Positions 1-11,183 of a stretch of 64,000 nucleotides of DNA are shown piece after piece. The position numbers and the translations under genes were made by a program. The notes beneath the pieces were generated by a model. That model worked only from the letters and a program-made list of their open reading frames with translations. It made no database searches and was not told the origin of the DNA. Numbering within the stretch: position 1 is the stretch's first letter; every line of letters starts with the position of its first letter. The stretch lies in the NCBI RefSeq assembly GCF_003790525.1, contig NZ_CP033635.1, one strand, 5' to 3'. Source of the stretch: Escherichia coli (GTDB taxonomy: Bacteria > Pseudomonadota > Gammaproteobacteria > Enterobacterales > Enterobacteriaceae).

Positions 1-1376
1 CATGGATTGATGTGGTAAACCCTGCAACAGAGGCTGTCATTTCCCGCATTCCCGATGGTCAGGCCGAGGATGTCCGTAAGGCAATCGATGCAGCAGAACG
101 TGCACAACCAGAATGGGAAGCGTTGCCTGCTATTGAACGCGCCAGTTGGTTGCGCAAAATCTCCGCCGGGATCCGCAAACGCGCCAGCGAAATCAGTGCG
201 CTGATTGTTGAAGAAGGGGGCAAGATCCAGCAGCTGGCTGAAGTCGAAGTGGCTTTTACTGCGGACTATATCGATTACATGGCGGAGTGGGCACGGCGTT
301 ATGAAGGCGAGATTATTCAAAGCGATCGTCCAGGAGAAAATATTCTTCTGTTTAAACGTGCGCTTGGCGTGACTACCGGCATTCTGCCGTGGAACTTCCC
401 GTTCTTCCTCATTGCCCGCAAAATGGCCCCCGCTCTTTTGACCGGTAATACCATCGTCATTAAACCCAGTGAATTTACGCCAAACAATGCGATTGCATTC
501 GCCAAAATTGTCGATGAAATAGGCCTTCCGCGCGGCGTGTTTAACCTTGTTCTGGGGCGTGGTGAAACCGTTGGGCAAGAACTGGCGGGTAACCCAAAGG
601 TCGCAATGGTCAGTATGACAGGCAGCGTCTCTGCAGGTGAAAAGATTATGGCGACTGCGGCGAAAAACATCACCAAAGTGTGCCTGGAATTGGGGGGTAA
701 AGCACCGGCTATCGTAATGGACGATGCCGATCTTGAACTGGCAGTCAAAGCCATCGTTGATTCACGCGTTATTAATAGTGGGCAAGTGTGTAACTGTGCA
801 GAACGTGTTTATGTACAGAAAGGCATTTATGATCAGTTTGTCAATCGGCTGGGTGAAGCGTTGCAGGCGGTTCAATTTGGTAACCCCGCTGAACGCAACG
901 ACATTGCGATGGGGCCGTTGATTAACGCCGCGGCGCTGGAAAGGGTCGAGCAAAAAGTGGCGCGCGCAGTAGAAGAAGGGGCGAGAGTGGCGTTGGGTGG
1001 CAAAGCGGTAGAGGGGAAAGGATATTATTATCCGCCGACATTGCTGCTGGATGTTCGCCAGGAAATGTCGATTATGCATGAGGAAACCTTTGGCCCGGTT
1101 CTGCCGGTGGTCGCATTTGATACGCTGGAAGAGGCTATCTCAATGGCGAATGATAGTGATTACGGCCTGACCTCATCAATCTATACCCAAAATCTGAACG
1201 TCGCGATGAAAGCCATTAACGGGCTGAAGTTTGGTGAAACTTACATCAACCGTGAAAACTTCGAAGCTATGCAAGGCTTCCACGCCGGATGGCGTAAATC
1301 TGGTATTGGCGGCGCAGATGGTAAACATGGCCTGCATGAATATCTGCAGACCCAGGTGGTTTATTTACAGTCTTAA
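1..1376 (+). CDS. aldA: Aldehyde dehydrogenase A (lactaldehyde/glycolaldehyde dehydrogenase), 3' portion; 5' end lies upstream of the window
   Basis: ORF 12..1376 translation matches AldA C-terminal ~455 aa (catalytic Cys/Glu region, ends VVYLQS); reading frame is open to window start. Confidence 0.95.
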   Translation, partial: WIDVVNPATEAVISRIPDGQAEDVRKAIDAAERAQPEWEALPAIERASWLRKISAGIRKRASEISALIVEEGGKIQQLAEVEVAFTADYIDYMAEWARRYEGEIIQSDRPGENILLFKRALGVTTGILPWNFPFFLIARKMAPALLTGNTIVIKPSEFTPNNAIAFAKIVDEIGLPRGVFNLVLGRGETVGQELAGNPKVAMVSMTGSVSAGEKIMATAAKNITKVCLELGGKAPAIVMDDADLELAVKAIVDSRVINSGQVCNCAERVYVQKGIYDQFVNRLGEALQAVQFGNPAERNDIAMGPLINAAALERVEQKVARAVEEGARVALGGKAVEGKGYYYPPTLLLDVRQEMSIMHEETFGPVLPVVAFDTLEEAISMANDSDYGLTSSIYTQNLNVAMKAINGLKFGETYINRENFEAMQGFHAGWRKSGIGGADGKHGLHEYLQTQVVYLQS

Positions 1377-1386
1377 TGAGTGGAAG

Positions 1387-1409
1387 AGGCGGAGGTTTTT
1401 CCTCCGCCT
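1387..1409. terminator. Hairpin shared by convergent aldA and gapC (aggcggagg-ttttt-cctccgcct)
   Basis: Perfect 9-bp inverted repeat with T5 loop/run located between the two converging stop codons. Confidence 0.6.
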
Positions 1410-1416
1410 GTGTGCG

Positions 1417-2418
1417 TCAGAGTTTAGCGAATTTTTCGAGGGTGCGAATGAGCTGTGTGACGAAGCCATATTCGTTATCGTACCAGGCGACCGTTTTCAC
1501 CAGTTGTAAATCGCCCACGGCGGTAATTTCCGTTTGCGTGGCATCAAACACCGAACCGAAATGGCTGCCAATGATATCGGAAGAGACTATTTCTTCATCG
1601 GTATAACCAAATGACTCGTTATTGGTGGTTGCTTGTTTAAGTGCGTTATTCACCTCTTCGGCAGTCACTTTTTTTCCGAGAATGGACACCAGCTCAGTGA
1701 CCGAACCTGTTTTCACCGGCACGCGTTGCGCATGACCTTTCAGTTTGCCGCTCAGTTCCGGGATCACCAGACCAATGGCTTTTGCCGCACCTGTAGTGTG
1801 GGGAATGATATTTTCTGCCGCTGCACGTGAAGCGCGTAGATCTTTACCTCGCGGACCATCCACCAGTGACTGAGTGCCGGTATAGGCATGAATGGTCGTC
1901 ATCGTGCCGACTTCTATTCCGAAACTGTCGTGCAAGGCTTTGGCCATCGGTGCAAGACAGTTAGTGGTGCATGACGCCACGGAAACAATGGTGTCGTTGC
2001 CATCCAGTGTGTCGTCATTGACGTTATAAACGATGGTTTTCATTTCACCGGCAGGGGCGGAAATCAACACCTTCTTCGCACCAGCATCAAGGTGCGCCTG
2101 CGATTTCTCGGCGGAGGTATAAAAGCCAGTACATTCGACAATGATTTCTGCGCCTTTCGCTTTCCATGGAATATTTTTAGCCTCTTTTTCGGCGTAAACC
2201 GCGATACTTTTTCCATCAACGATAAGTGAATCTTCCGTAAAATCAACGCTCCAGGGGAACGGTCCGTAGTTTGAATCATGTTTCAACAGGTAGGCGAGAA
2301 TTTTTGGGGAAGTGAGATCATTAATAGCAACAATGTCTATGTTGCTTTTGACTTCAAGTAATCGACGCAACACCAGTCGACCGATACGACCAAAACCGTT
2401 AATACCAACTTTACTCAT
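1417..2418 (-). CDS. gapC: Glyceraldehyde-3-phosphate dehydrogenase C, intact 333-aa reading frame
   Basis: ORF translation has GAPDH hallmarks (NGFGRIGR Rossmann motif, SCTTNCLAP active site); uninterrupted here. Confidence 0.9.
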   Translation of the reverse strand: MSKVGINGFGRIGRLVLRRLLEVKSNIDIVAINDLTSPKILAYLLKHDSNYGPFPWSVDFTEDSLIVDGKSIAVYAEKEAKNIPWKAKGAEIIVECTGFYTSAEKSQAHLDAGAKKVLISAPAGEMKTIVYNVNDDTLDGNDTIVSVASCTTNCLAPMAKALHDSFGIEVGTMTTIHAYTGTQSLVDGPRGKDLRASRAAAENIIPHTTGAAKAIGLVIPELSGKLKGHAQRVPVKTGSVTELVSILGKKVTAEEVNNALKQATTNNESFGYTDEEIVSSDIIGSHFGSVFDATQTEITAVGDLQLVKTVAWYDNEYGFVTQLIRTLEKFAKL

Positions 2419-2606
2419 GGTCTTCTCCTGTCAGGAACGTTCGGATGAAAATTGATCCTTTCCAGGCTTAGACCAGGATGGCGGGATGGGCAATCTACAT
2501 TCTTGCCGTGAAACGTAACGTACTGAAAACGGGTGAACAATATTTAATGAAATTTTAAGAAAAGCTCGTTATGTTAACGGAAAATTATGTTAAAGCAGGA
2601 AATGTT

Positions 2607-3137
2607 ATGGAAAGTAAATATTCAAGGTTACAAATCGGCATTCACTGGCTGGTCTTTTTGCTGGTTATCGCAGCGTATTGCGCAATGGAGTTTCGTGGTT
2701 TTTTCCCACGTGGCGATAGGCCGCTTATCAACATGATTCATGTTTCCTGTGGCATCTCAATTCTCGTGCTGATGGTTGTTCGTCTTTTGTTAAGGCTTAA
2801 ATACCCAACTCCGCCGATTGTACCTAAACCAAAACCGATGATGACGGGACTGGCGCATTTGGGACATTTGGTGATCTATCTCCTGTTTATTGCGCTGCCA
2901 GTGATTGGTTTGGTGATGATGTATAACCGGGGCAACCCGTGGTCTGCGTTTGGTATGACAATGCCTTATGCAGCAGAGGCCAATTTCGAACGGGTTGATA
3001 GCTTAAAGTGGTGGCATGAGACGCTGGCGAATCTGGGATATTTTGTCATCGGGTTGCACGCTGCGGCTGCACTGGCACACCACTATTTCTGGAAGGACAA
3101 CACACTTCTACGCATGATGCCGCGTAAACGTTCCTGA
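2607..3137 (+). CDS. cybB: Cytochrome b561
   Basis: ORF 2571..3137; internal start MESKYSRLQIGIHW at 2607 matches CybB N-terminus (176 aa, multi-TM haem protein). Confidence 0.92.
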   Translation: MESKYSRLQIGIHWLVFLLVIAAYCAMEFRGFFPRGDRPLINMIHVSCGISILVLMVVRLLLRLKYPTPPIVPKPKPMMTGLAHLGHLVIYLLFIALPVIGLVMMYNRGNPWSAFGMTMPYAAEANFERVDSLKWWHETLANLGYFVIGLHAAAALAHHYFWKDNTLLRMMPRKRS

Positions 3138-3147
3138 AGGATATTTA

Positions 3148-3211
3148 AAGAAAACGCCTGTACTAAAACCGACCCGTGGTACAGGCGAAGAATACGGGTC
3201 TACATCGGAAG
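3148..3211 (-). ncRNA. rydC: RydC small regulatory RNA (Hfq-dependent, pseudoknot)
   Basis: Reverse complement reads CTTCCGATGTAGACCCGTATTCTTCGCCTGTACCACGGGTCGGTTTTAGTACAGGCGTTTTCTT, the 64-nt RydC sequence as I recall it, in the cybB-ydcA intergenic region. Confidence 0.8.
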
Positions 3212-3381
3212 CGCCTATTATATTTATTTGTATGACAAATAAAACCATAATCCTGGTCCATACGTCCATCTGGCTTATCTTTAATCAATTCACCCGATCT
3301 TTGATCTCATCAACGGTATCAAAATAAACCAGCGTATAACGTTCAAATCGAACATAAGATTCGATAAACCATGGAGGTTAT

Positions 3382-3555
3382 ATGAAAAAACTGGCACTTA
3401 TCTTGGTTATAGGAGCGCTTGTTTCCTTTTATGCCGATGCCGGGCGCAAACCCTGTTCTGGTTCGAAAGGGGGGATCTCACACTGTACGGCAGGCGGCAA
3501 ATTTGTCTGTAATGATGGTTCTATTAGTGCATCGAAAAAAACATGCACTAACTGA
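3382..3555 (+). CDS. ydcA: Small secreted protein YdcA (57 aa, signal peptide)
   Basis: ATG at 3382 preceded by GGAGG; translation MKKLALILVIGALVSFYADAGRKPCSGSKGGISHCTAGGKFVCNDGSISASKKTCTN; below the 60-aa ORF-track cutoff. Confidence 0.85.
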   Translation: MKKLALILVIGALVSFYADAGRKPCSGSKGGISHCTAGGKFVCNDGSISASKKTCTN

Positions 3556-3600
3556 AGTGTAAAAGGGGTGCCATGAGAAAATGAATCTGCTAGTCAGATG

Positions 3601-3619
3601 CGCGGGGAAAATCCCCGCG
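3601..3619 (-). terminator. Hairpin downstream of hokB (cgcgggg-aaaa-tccccgcg)
   Basis: GC-rich inverted repeat 8 bp downstream of the hokB stop codon on the minus strand; no clear U-tract. Confidence 0.4.
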
Positions 3620-3626
3620 CTTGCCC

Positions 3627-3822
<196 letters not shown>

Positions 3823-3834
<12 letters not shown>

Positions 3835-3885
3835 TCGTTGGCCTCGGTTGATAGAAATATTGGTCGGGGCCTTCGTCTTTCTGAT
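3823..3885 (+). ncRNA. sokB: SokB antisense RNA (antitoxin of hokB/mokB); boundaries approximate
   Basis: Position antisense to the mokB RBS/start as in hok/sok loci; exact 5'/3' ends not determinable by eye. Confidence 0.35.
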
Positions 3886-4108
3886 TCCCGGTTAGCCTGA
3901 AAACAGAAAGTCTCAGGCACCCGTGAGCATCCTATGTGGTTTCCTTAAGGACGAAAATAATCACCTGACGAAATTGCGTGCTGTTTTCCAGAATTTTTCG
4001 TCATTCGGTTTAGCCAGTTTAATCATTCGTTACTCTCTTCATTCCAATGGCATTATTCTTCTCTGCCATAATTGTTGTAAAAATGTGACGCAAAGAGGTT
4101 TTTGGTCG

Positions 4109-4135
4109 TAAGAAATTACCGTCAAGTGCCGATGA
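4109..4135 (+). promoter_or_regulatory. Putative sigma-28 (FliA) promoter for trg: TAAG-N15-GCCGATGA
   Basis: Close match to flagellar class 3 consensus TAAA-N15-GCCGATAA, about 40 bp upstream of the trg start codon. Confidence 0.45.
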
Positions 4136-4174
4136 CTTTCTATCAGGAGTAAACCTGGAAGAGAGACAACGGTA

Positions 4175-5815
4175 ATGAATACAACTCCCTCACAGCGATT
4201 AGGTTTTTTGCATCACATCAGGCTGGTTCCGTTATTTGCCTGCATTCTTGGCGGTATCTTAGTTCTATTCGCATTAAGTTCTGCTCTGGCTGGCTATTTC
4301 CTCTGGCAGGCCGATCGCGATCAGCGTGATGTTACTGCGGAGATTGAGATTCGGACCGGGTTAGCGAACAGTTCAGATTTTTTGCGTTCAGCCCGGATCA
4401 ATATGATTCAGGCCGGGGCAGCGAGTCGTATTGCGGAAATGGAAGCAATGAAGCGAAATATTGCGCAAGCCGAATCGGAGATTAAACAGTCGCAGCAAGG
4501 TTATCGTGCTTATCAGAATCGACCGGTGAAAACACCTGCTGATGAAGCCCTCGACACTGAATTAAATCAACGCTTCCAGGCTTATATCACGGGTATGCAA
4601 CCGATGTTGAAATATGCCAAAAATGGCATGTTTGAAGCGATTATCAATCATGAAAGTGAGCAGATCCGACCGCTGGATAATGCTTATACCGATATTTTGA
4701 ACAAAGCCGTTAAGATACGTAGCACCAGAGCCAACCAACTGGCGGAACTGGCCCATCAGCGCACCCGCCTGGGTGGGATGTTCATGATTGGCGCGTTTGT
4801 GCTTGCCCTGGTGATGACGCTGATAACATTTATGGTGCTACGTCGGATCGTCATTCGTCCACTGCAAAATGCCGCACAACGGATTGAAAAAATCGCCAGT
4901 GGCGATCTGACGATGAATGATGAACCGGCGGGTCGTAATGAAATCGGTCGCTTAAGTCGTCATTTACAGCAAATGCAGCATTCACTGGGGATGACTGTAG
5001 GGACCGTTCGACAGGGCGCGGAAGAGATTTATCGTGGCACCAGCGAAATTTCAGCTGGCAATGCGGACCTGTCATCTCGCACCGAAGAACAAGCGGCGGC
5101 TATCGAACAAACTGCCGCCAGCATGGAGCAACTCACTGCGACGGTGAAACAGAATGCGGATAACGCGCATCATGCCAGCAAACTGGCGCAGGAGGCTTCT
5201 ATTAAAGCCAGCGATGGCGGGCAGATGGTTTCCGGTGTAGTAAAAACGATGGGCGCTATCTCCACGAGTTCGAAGAAAATTTCTGAGATCACCGCCGTCA
5301 TCAACAGTATTGCTTTCCAGACGAATATTCTGGCACTGAATGCTGCCGTTGAAGCCGCGCGAGCGGGTGAGCAAGGACGTGGATTTGCCGTTGTCGCCAG
5401 CGAAGTACGGACACTCGCAAGCCGCAGCGCTCAGGCGGCGAAAGAGATTGAAGGCTTGATCAGTGAATCAGTCAGGTTAATTGACCTGGGGTCGGATGAG
5501 GTGGCAACGGCAGGGAAAACCATGAGCACTATTGTTGATGCCGTCGCGAGTGTCACACATATCATGCAGGAAATCGCCGCCGCCTCGGATGAACAAAGTA
5601 GAGGCATAACGCAGGTTAGCCAGGCGATTTCTGAAATGGATAAGGTGACGCAACAGAATGCTTCTCTGGTAGAAGAGGCCTCAGCGGCGGCGGTGTCCCT
5701 TGAAGAACAGGCGGCACGATTAACTGAGGCGGTGGACGTATTCCGTCTGAACAAACATTCTGTGTCGGCAGAACCTCGCGGAGCGGGTGAACCAGTTAGT
5801 TTCGCTACGGTGTGA
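4175..5815 (+). CDS. trg: Methyl-accepting chemotaxis protein III (ribose/galactose sensor)
   Basis: 546-aa ORF with two TM segments, HAMP domain and conserved MCP signalling domain ([34 protein letters not shown]). Confidence 0.95.
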   Translation: MNTTPSQRLGFLHHIRLVPLFACILGGILVLFALSSALAGYFLWQADRDQRDVTAEIEIRTGLANSSDFLRSARINMIQAGAASRIAEMEAMKRNIAQAESEIKQSQQGYRAYQNRPVKTPADEALDTELNQRFQAYITGMQPMLKYAKNGMFEAIINHESEQIRPLDNAYTDILNKAVKIRSTRANQLAELAHQRTRLGGMFMIGAFVLALVMTLITFMVLRRIVIRPLQNAAQRIEKIASGDLTMNDEPAGRNEIGRLSRHLQQMQHSLGMTVGTVRQGAEEIYRGTSEISAGNADLSSRTEEQAAAIEQTAASMEQLTATVKQNADNAHHASKLAQEASIKASDGGQMVSGVVKTMGAISTSSKKISEITAVINSIAFQTNILALNAAVEAARAGEQGRGFAVVASEVRTLASRSAQAAKEIEGLISESVRLIDLGSDEVATAGKTMSTIVDAVASVTHIMQEIAAASDEQSRGITQVSQAISEMDKVTQQNASLVEEASAAAVSLEEQAARLTEAVDVFRLNKHSVSAEPRGAGEPVSFATV

Positions 5816-5825
5816 AAATGTTCAA

Positions 5826-5852
5826 GGAAGGGATCGACAGATCCCTTCACCT
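5826..5852 (+). terminator. Terminator hairpin after trg (aagggatc-gaca-gatccctt)
   Basis: 8-bp perfect stem 11 bp after the trg stop, between convergent trg and ydcI. Confidence 0.55.
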
Positions 5853-5853
5853 T

Positions 5854-6777
5854 TCAGAACGGCATTGATTTTCGAATAGCGTTAATCATCAACTGGCAAC
5901 CAGAAGAGAACGTCGCATCTACGCGGGTCAGTATTCCAATCGGTTCGCCTGCACCATGTCCCGGAACAGGCAGGGCCACCAGCGTGGCATGACGCAGGTC
6001 GTCTTTTACAGCGCCAGAAGGGACAAACCACACGTAGTCGTATTCAACCGTAAGTTGACGAGATAGCGAAGCAGACAGCGTTTCGATACAACCCGAAGGA
6101 ATTTTACATCCCTGGCTCTGCACTAATGCATCTGAATGCTGGCGTGGCGCAGTGCCTTCTGGTGATACAACGACCGGCCATTCCAGCACCCGGCTTAGCG
6201 TTACGTTCTCCTGAAGTAGCGGATGATTGGGGCGGACAACCAGCTTCAGCGATTCAAGAAACAGCAGTTCGTAATTAAGCCCGGTCATCAGTTCAGGATC
6301 TGACATCCGACCAATGCCGATATCGATTTCCCCGGTTTTTAAACCCGCCAGAATCATAGGGTTACTCATTGTCGCAACTTGCAAGGTCGTCTCTTTTTGT
6401 TGCTGATGAAACTGACCTATAACCGAAGGTAATATCCCCAGTGCCGCAGTAGGTAGTGCACCAACCCTGACGATATCATTATTAAGACCTTCTTTACGAT
6501 GAAGCGACTGTCCAGCAGTGTTGATGGCGTCAAGAACTCTGACTGCATGCGTTAAAAATTGTTCGCCGGGTAAGGTAAGTTGCGCCCCCTGACGACCACG
6601 CTCAAACAAGCGAGCGCCCGTCAGCTGCTCCAGTTCATTCAATGTCTTAGAGAGCGCAGGTTGACTCAAATTAAGGGTTTCAGCCGCGCGCCCCAAAGTT
6701 CCTTGTTGTGCGACAGCTACGAATGTATGAAGGTGGCGCAAACGGATGCGCTGACTAAACAGACTATTTTTTTCCAT
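5854..6777 (-). CDS. ydcI: LysR-family transcriptional regulator
   Basis: ORF 5854..6918; start chosen at MEKNSLFSQRIRLRHLHTFVAVAQQG (307 aa); N-terminal HTH plus LysR substrate-binding domain. Confidence 0.88.
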   Translation of the reverse strand: MEKNSLFSQRIRLRHLHTFVAVAQQGTLGRAAETLNLSQPALSKTLNELEQLTGARLFERGRQGAQLTLPGEQFLTHAVRVLDAINTAGQSLHRKEGLNNDIVRVGALPTAALGILPSVIGQFHQQQKETTLQVATMSNPMILAGLKTGEIDIGIGRMSDPELMTGLNYELLFLESLKLVVRPNHPLLQENVTLSRVLEWPVVVSPEGTAPRQHSDALVQSQGCKIPSGCIETLSASLSRQLTVEYDYVWFVPSGAVKDDLRHATLVALPVPGHGAGEPIGILTRVDATFSSGCQLMINAIRKSMPF

Positions 6778-6993
6778 AAGCGATGTTAAAAACGAAGCGG
6801 TGTCGCTGACAAGTGAAGTTGTTTGATTATGATAACTTGATTGCAAAATATTATTAACAATTAAAGCAATTATGTTACAGCAAAATGGATAATATTGATG
6901 TTTTCGCGGCGAGATCACAGTTTGTAAATTCTTCCCGCCGGAGTGAATGCGGTTACCTACACTCCAGATTACTGACCACTGGAGGCAGACACT

Positions 6994-8337
6994 ATGGCGA
7001 ACAGCATCACGGCGGATGAGATTCGGGAACAGTTTTCGCAGGCAATGTCAGCCATGTACCAGCAAGAAGTTCCGCAGTACGGCACGCTGCTGGAACTGGT
7101 AGCTGATGTGAATCTGGCTGTGCTGGAAAACAATCCTCAACTGCACGAAAAAATGGTAAATGCAGACGAGCTGGCGCGACTGAATGTTGAACGTCATGGG
7201 GCGATTCGTGTTGGGACTGCACAAGAGCTTGCTACTCTTCGGCGGATGTTTGCCATTATGGGGATGTACCCGGTGAGCTATTACGATCTCTCGCAGGCGG
7301 GAGTGCCGGTACATTCCACAGCATTTCGGCCCATTGATGATGCTTCTCTGGCGCGTAATCCCTTCCGCGTTTTTACCTCATTACTCCGCCTTGAGCTTAT
7401 CGAGAACGAATTTTTGCGCCAGAAAGCGGCGGAGATTCTGCGTCAGCGCGATATCTTCACCCCACGTTGTCGACAACTGTTAGAGGAGTATGAGCAGCGG
7501 GGCGGTTTTAACGAAACACAGGCACAGGAGTTTGTGCAGGAAGCCCTGGAAACGTTTCGTTGGCACCAGTCAGCAACGGTAGATGAAGAAACCTATCGCG
7601 CCTTGCACAACGAACATCGGTTGATTGCTGATGTGGTCTGTTTTCCTGGATGCCATATCAACCACCTGACGCCACGTACGCTGGATATTGACCGGGTGCA
7701 GTCGATGATGCCTGAATGCGGGATTGAACCCAAAATTCTGATCGAAGGGCCGCCGCGCCGCGAGGTATCTATTTTACTACGCCAGACCAGCTTTAAAGCA
7801 CTGGAAGAGACGGTGTTGTTTGCAGGGCAGAAACAGGGCACGCATACCGCGCGCTTTGGTGAAATAGAGCAGCGTGGCGTGGCATTAACGCCGAAAGGAC
7901 GACAACTGTATGATGATCTACTGCGGAACGCTGGAACCGGGCAGGATAATCTCACTCACCAAATGCATTTACAGGAAACCTTCCGCACTTTTCCTGACAG
8001 TGAGTTTTTAATGCGTCAGCAAGGGTTGGCATGGTTCCGGTACCGTCTGACGCCTTCAGGTGAGGCGCATCGTCAGGCGATTCATCCCGGAGACGATCCA
8101 CAGCCCTTAATTGAACGTGGTTGGGTAGTGGCGCAACCCATTACCTATGAAGATTTCTTGCCTGTTAGCGCGGCGGGGATCTTCCAGTCAAATCTGGGTA
8201 ATGAAACGCAGGCACGCAGTCACGGTAATGCCAGTCGCGAAGCATTTGAGCAGGCGTTGGGCTGCCCGGTTTTGGATGAGTTCCAGCTTTATCAGGAAGC
8301 GGAAGAACGCAGTAAACGTCGCTGTGGTTTGCTTTAA
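6994..8337 (+). CDS. ydcJ: Uncharacterized protein YdcJ (DUF1338)
   Basis: 447-aa ORF at the K-12 position between ydcI and opgD. Confidence 0.88.
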   Translation: MANSITADEIREQFSQAMSAMYQQEVPQYGTLLELVADVNLAVLENNPQLHEKMVNADELARLNVERHGAIRVGTAQELATLRRMFAIMGMYPVSYYDLSQAGVPVHSTAFRPIDDASLARNPFRVFTSLLRLELIENEFLRQKAAEILRQRDIFTPRCRQLLEEYEQRGGFNETQAQEFVQEALETFRWHQSATVDEETYRALHNEHRLIADVVCFPGCHINHLTPRTLDIDRVQSMMPECGIEPKILIEGPPRREVSILLRQTSFKALEETVLFAGQKQGTHTARFGEIEQRGVALTPKGRQLYDDLLRNAGTGQDNLTHQMHLQETFRTFPDSEFLMRQQGLAWFRYRLTPSGEAHRQAIHPGDDPQPLIERGWVVAQPITYEDFLPVSAAGIFQSNLGNETQARSHGNASREAFEQALGCPVLDEFQLYQEAEERSKRRCGLL

Positions 8338-8561
8338 ATTCTGACCATCCGCCTTTGCAAAAATTTGCCTGATTTTACAAACGAATCAGGCTCATCCCAT
8401 CGACATAAAAAAATTGCCGATTTATGCATATTCTCTCAGTTCAACAATTGGATTATTAATAAATATTGTCTAGAGTGAGCGGTCATAAATAAGCACTTTC
8501 TTGCCGCTGAAAACGTTCAGCGCGGGACCATTCACAACACCAGAAGGACTCACTTTCAGGT

Positions 8562-10217
8562 ATGGATCGTAGACGATTTATTAAAGGTTCAATGGCTATG
8601 GCCGCCGTGTGCGGTACCAGCGGCATTGCTTCTCTTTTTTCTCAGGCGGCATTCGCGGCAGATTCTGATATTGCCGACGGGCAAACCCAGCGTTTTGACT
8701 TCTCCATTCTACAGTCAATGGCGCACGACTTAGCGCAAACAGCGTGGCGTGGTGCGCCGCGTCCGTTACCTGACACTCTGGCGACAATGACGCCGCAGGC
8801 TTATAACAGTATTCAATACGACGCCGAAAAATCGCTCTGGCATAACGTTGAGAACCGTCAACTGGACGCTCAGTTCTTCCATATGGGAATGGGATTCCGT
8901 CGCCGCGTTCGTATGTTTTCTGTAGATCCCGCAACACATCTGGCGCGTGAAATTCACTTTCGCCCGGAGTTGTTCAAATACAACGATGCGGGTGTTGATA
9001 CCAAACAATTAGAAGGGCAAAGCGATCTCGGTTTTGCCGGTTTTCGCGTGTTTAAAGCCCCCGAACTGGCGCGCCGTGATGTCGTATCATTCCTCGGTGC
9101 GAGTTATTTCCGCGCCGTTGACGACACATATCAATACGGTCTATCGGCTCGCGGCCTGGCGATCGACACTTACACCGACAGTAAAGAAGAGTTCCCCGAC
9201 TTTACCGCCTTCTGGTTTGATACGGTAAAACCGGGGGCAACCACCTTTACCGTTTATGCGTTGCTCGATAGCGCCAGCATTACTGGTGCCTATAAGTTCA
9301 CTATCCATTGCGAGAAAAGTCAGGTGATTATGGATGTGGAAAATCACCTGTATGCGCGCAAAGACATTAAACAGCTGGGCATTGCGCCGATGACCAGTAT
9401 GTTCAGCTGCGGTACTAATGAACGTCGGATGTGCGACACCATTCATCCGCAAATCCATGACTCTGATCGTTTGTCCATGTGGCGGGGCAACGGCGAGTGG
9501 ATTTGTCGTCCGCTGAACAATCCGCAAAAATTGCAGTTCAATGCTTACACCGACAACAACCCGAAAGGGTTTGGTTTATTGCAACTGGATCGTGATTTCT
9601 CCCATTATCAGGACATTATGGGCTGGTATAACAAACGCCCAAGTCTGTGGGTGGAACCGCGTAACAAGTGGGGTAAGGGCACCATCGGCCTGATGGAAAT
9701 CCCAACAACGGGCGAAACGCTGGATAACATTGTCTGCTTCTGGCAGCCAGAAAAAGCTGTAAAAGCGGGTGATGAGTTTGCATTCCAGTATCGTCTGTAC
9801 TGGAGTGCGCAACCGCCTGTTCATTGCCCATTAGCGCGCGTTATGGCGACGCGTACCGGCATGGGTGGTTTCCCGGAAGGTTGGGCTCCAGGTGAACACT
9901 ATCCCGAAAAATGGGCGCGTCGTTTTGCCGTCGATTTCGTTGGTGGTGATCTGAAAGCTGCCGCGCCAAAAGGCATTGAGCCGGTGATTACGCTTTCCAG
10001 TGGGGAAGCGAAGCAAATCGAAATTCTCTATATTGAACCCATTGATGGTTATCGTATTCAGTTTGACTGGTATCCGACTTCGGACTCCACTGATCCGGTC
10101 GATATGCGGATGTATCTGCGTTGTCAGGGCGACGCTATCAGTGAAACATGGCTGTATCAGTATTTCCCGCCAGCGCCCGATAAACGTCAGTATGTTGACG
10201 ACCGCGTGATGAGTTAA
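8562..10217 (+). CDS. opgD: Glucans biosynthesis protein D (periplasmic, Tat signal RRRFIKGS)
   Basis: 551-aa ORF with twin-arginine signal peptide and MdoG/MdoD-family sequence. Confidence 0.93.
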   Translation: MDRRRFIKGSMAMAAVCGTSGIASLFSQAAFAADSDIADGQTQRFDFSILQSMAHDLAQTAWRGAPRPLPDTLATMTPQAYNSIQYDAEKSLWHNVENRQLDAQFFHMGMGFRRRVRMFSVDPATHLAREIHFRPELFKYNDAGVDTKQLEGQSDLGFAGFRVFKAPELARRDVVSFLGASYFRAVDDTYQYGLSARGLAIDTYTDSKEEFPDFTAFWFDTVKPGATTFTVYALLDSASITGAYKFTIHCEKSQVIMDVENHLYARKDIKQLGIAPMTSMFSCGTNERRMCDTIHPQIHDSDRLSMWRGNGEWICRPLNNPQKLQFNAYTDNNPKGFGLLQLDRDFSHYQDIMGWYNKRPSLWVEPRNKWGKGTIGLMEIPTTGETLDNIVCFWQPEKAVKAGDEFAFQYRLYWSAQPPVHCPLARVMATRTGMGGFPEGWAPGEHYPEKWARRFAVDFVGGDLKAAAPKGIEPVITLSSGEAKQIEILYIEPIDGYRIQFDWYPTSDSTDPVDMRMYLRCQGDAISETWLYQYFPPAPDKRQYVDDRVMS

Positions 10218-10356
10218 TCGTTTTTTCTTCGGCACCTTCTTCGGGAGGTGCCGTCTGGTTAAACACGATCCCGCTCGCATTTTTCCCTAAGTTAAATGAG
10301 TAATCTGATGGTGTGTATTTCAGATACACCTTGTCAGCCACTAACAGGGAGTGCGT

Positions 10357-10581
10357 ATGTTTCCAGAATATCGAGATTTAATATCCCGTCTGAAAAACGA
10401 AAATCCTCGCTTTATGTCCTTGTTCGATAAACACAATAAACTTGATCATGAAATTGCCAGAAAGGAAGGTTCCGACGGTCGAGGGTACAATGCGGAAGTG
10501 GTCCGCATGAAAAAACAAAAGCTACAGTTAAAAGATGAGATGCTCAAAATCCTGCAGCAGGAGAGCGTCAAAGAGGTGTAA
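10357..10581 (+). CDS. ydcH: Small protein YdcH (DUF465); ORF track starts 6 nt earlier at GTG 10351
   Basis: MFPEYRDLISRLKNENPRFMSLFDKHNKLDHEIARKEG...; AGGGA RBS 8 nt upstream of ATG 10357. Confidence 0.85.
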   Translation: MFPEYRDLISRLKNENPRFMSLFDKHNKLDHEIARKEGSDGRGYNAEVVRMKKQKLQLKDEMLKILQQESVKEV

Positions 10582-10589
10582 ACTTTCCT

Positions 10590-10615
10590 AAGCCGCCAGC
10601 TAGGCGGCTTTTTTA
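10590..10615 (+). terminator. Rho-independent terminator after ydcH (agccgcc-agct-aggcggct + T5)
   Basis: GC stem followed by a T-run immediately after the ydcH stop. Confidence 0.7.
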
Positions 10616-10643
10616 ACAACTGCATGGAGTGACTGGAGATAAG

Positions 10644-11183
10644 ATGACCGAAACGATAAAAGTAAGTGAATCACTTGAATTACATGCTGTTGCAGAAAGT
10701 CATGTCACACCTCTTTATCAGTTAATCTGTAAAAATAGAACCTGGCTACAGCAGTCGCTAAACTGGCCGCAGTTTGTTCAAAGTGAAGAGGACACGCGAA
10801 AAACGGTGCAGGGCAATGTAATGTTGCATCAACGCGGATATGCCAAAATGTTCATGATTTTCAAAGAAGATGAACTTATCGGCGTTATCTCGTTTAATCG
10901 TATTGAACCACTGAATAAAACCGCTGAAATCGGCTACTGGCTGGACGAATCTCATCAGGGGCAGGGGATCATTTCTCAGGCGCTGCAGGCATTGATTCAT
11001 CATTACGCTCAGTCTGGTGAACTTAGACGCTTCGTGATCAAATGTCGGGTGGACAATCCGCAAAGCAACCAGGTCGCTTTGCGCAATGGTTTTATCCTTG
11101 AAGGTTGCCTGAAACAGGCTGAGTTTCTGAATGATGCCTATGATGATGTGAACTTATACGCGCGTATTATCGATTCACAATAA
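10644..11183 (+). CDS. rimL: Ribosomal-protein-L7/L12 serine N-acetyltransferase
   Basis: 179-aa GNAT acetyltransferase starting [16 protein letters not shown]; GGAG RBS. Confidence 0.9.
   Translation: MTETIKVSESLELHAVAESHVTPLYQLICKNRTWLQQSLNWPQFVQSEEDTRKTVQGNVMLHQRGYAKMFMIFKEDELIGVISFNRIEPLNKTAEIGYWLDESHQGQGIISQALQALIHHYAQSGELRRFVIKCRVDNPQSNQVALRNGFILEGCLKQAEFLNDAYDDVNLYARIIDSQ

Noticed and set aside
3158-3190. Inverted repeat cctgtac...gtacagg after cybB, first read as a cybB terminator
   Set aside because: It is part of the RydC sRNA structure on the opposite strand; it may still help terminate cybB but is not a separate feature.
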